A DNA stretch of 64,000 nucleotides, taken from positions 1,031,430 through 1,095,429 of the forward strand of contig NW_003314297.1 in assembly GCF_000143415.4 (NCBI RefSeq), read 5' to 3'. Under the pieces are notes generated by a model. The model did no database searches and was not told where the DNA came from. It worked only from the letters and a program-made list of their open reading frames with translations. Made by a program: the position numbers and the translations under genes. Below, piece by piece: positions 63,062-64,000 of the stretch (the first letter of the stretch is position 1; every line of letters starts with the position of its first letter). This DNA is from Selaginella moellendorffii. Its lineage: Eukaryota; Plantae; Lycopodiophyta.

Positions 63062-64000
63062 TGTAAGCGACTAAATTTTCCATTCTACTTTAGTCACTTA
63101 ACCACACCTCTGACCACTTGGAGGAGTCTTAGTCACAACCTCTATAAATCCATTTCAGGACTTGGGACTTGCTAGCCCCAAGAATGGCATCCATGCCACT
63201 CAACATTTGCACTTGGTCCAAGTGCTCCACGTGTCCGATCCCATAACCAACACTCAAAAGTACCACCGACATGGTAGCCTGTTACGCTAAGGCCATGCCC
63301 AAACACCTTTGCCACACTGGTAGTCCAATACCACTTGCATCACAGTCTTGGCTCTCCAAGACTAGGCAAACCATCCGTGAGTGGTCATCTCAAATCCACT
63401 CTTTAGCATCCTTAGGATGCCCACCGACAAGGGGAATAGCCTCCCCAATAATCCCTCTGTCAGTCCCCACTAAGTCCCTTTCTGCCCTTGGCTATGTTTG
63501 CCAACACTGCCACTGGATCGAGGGCCACAGGCCCGACCACTAAGTCCCACGGTCCTCTGGGACTTCCTCACCACACGACTGTGTCCTTGGTCACTACCCC
63601 AAAGGACTACACCTCTTCCTTTCCACAGTCTGGGCCTTTGGGACAACATTTTGGACACCATGGCCTTACGCCTTCCGCCCTTGGGTGCTCTAGCCATGGG
63701 CTTAGAGCAAGGTTCCATTGAGCCACGCCTGGTATCCAAGTAGGTAGTGCCACCCACACTTGGACTGGGAGCATCGGTCAGTCGATCTCCCGGGGGAACT
63801 AGAGCCGGCTCTTGAACACTTCACCAAGCTACCCCGCTTGTCGGTCCGTGTTCACTTTAGTCTTGGACTTCCCAGTGGTCAGCTCATCACCCAACACTGG
63901 GTCTGGCCTTCCTGGGCCAAACTGGCCTTTCCTGGCCAAACTGGCTCCACTGGGCTCCAACCCCCACACTCTCCCTACTATACTTTTGGAACCCCCCGCA
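63062..64000 (-). mobile_element. Third, more diverged LTR of the nested family inserted in gag; runs off window
   Basis: Starts TGTAAGCGACTAAATTTTCC; collinear with 51166 onward with many substitutions and indels; flanking CCAGG is the candidate TSD. Confidence 0.88.

Overview
Eukaryotic plant genomic DNA. The 45-60 nt introns, compact genes and PLS-class PPR signatures suggest a Selaginella-like lycophyte (inference). Three zones. (1) 1-23.7 kb and 31.7-48.4 kb hold about seven copies (one inverted) of a cassette. In it, a Pro-rich single-pass membrane protein gene with no catalytic domain is transcribed divergently from a 65-aa secreted Trp/Arg/Cys-rich peptide gene (C-x10-C-x2-C-x10-C). 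A 23-bp-phased array of MSA-like motifs lies between them. Downstream are decayed peptide paralogues, PPR pseudogenes and dirigent remnants. All six main peptide ORFs are intact while most neighbours are broken. Two membrane-protein copies can be read as intact 5-exon genes containing 17-nt and 13-nt microexons. (2) 24-30.7 kb is a housekeeping island (RPSA, a small membrane ORF, mitochondrial HSP60, a serine carboxypeptidase-like gene), followed by a near-identical ~10-kb tandem duplication (30213-40372 / 40373-50252) carrying a DCI1/PPR convergent fusion. (3) 50.9-64 kb is a retroelement nest. A decayed Ty3/gypsy with a 175-bp LTR contains a young, non-coding 7.7-kb LTR element with GAGGA TSDs, a tRNA-iMet PBS, satellite-bearing 1.87-kb LTRs and an internal run of five hairpins, two with tRNA T-loops. 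A third LTR of that family starts at 63062. The best candidate for an undescribed system is the peptide / membrane-protein cassette; its function is inferred, not shown.
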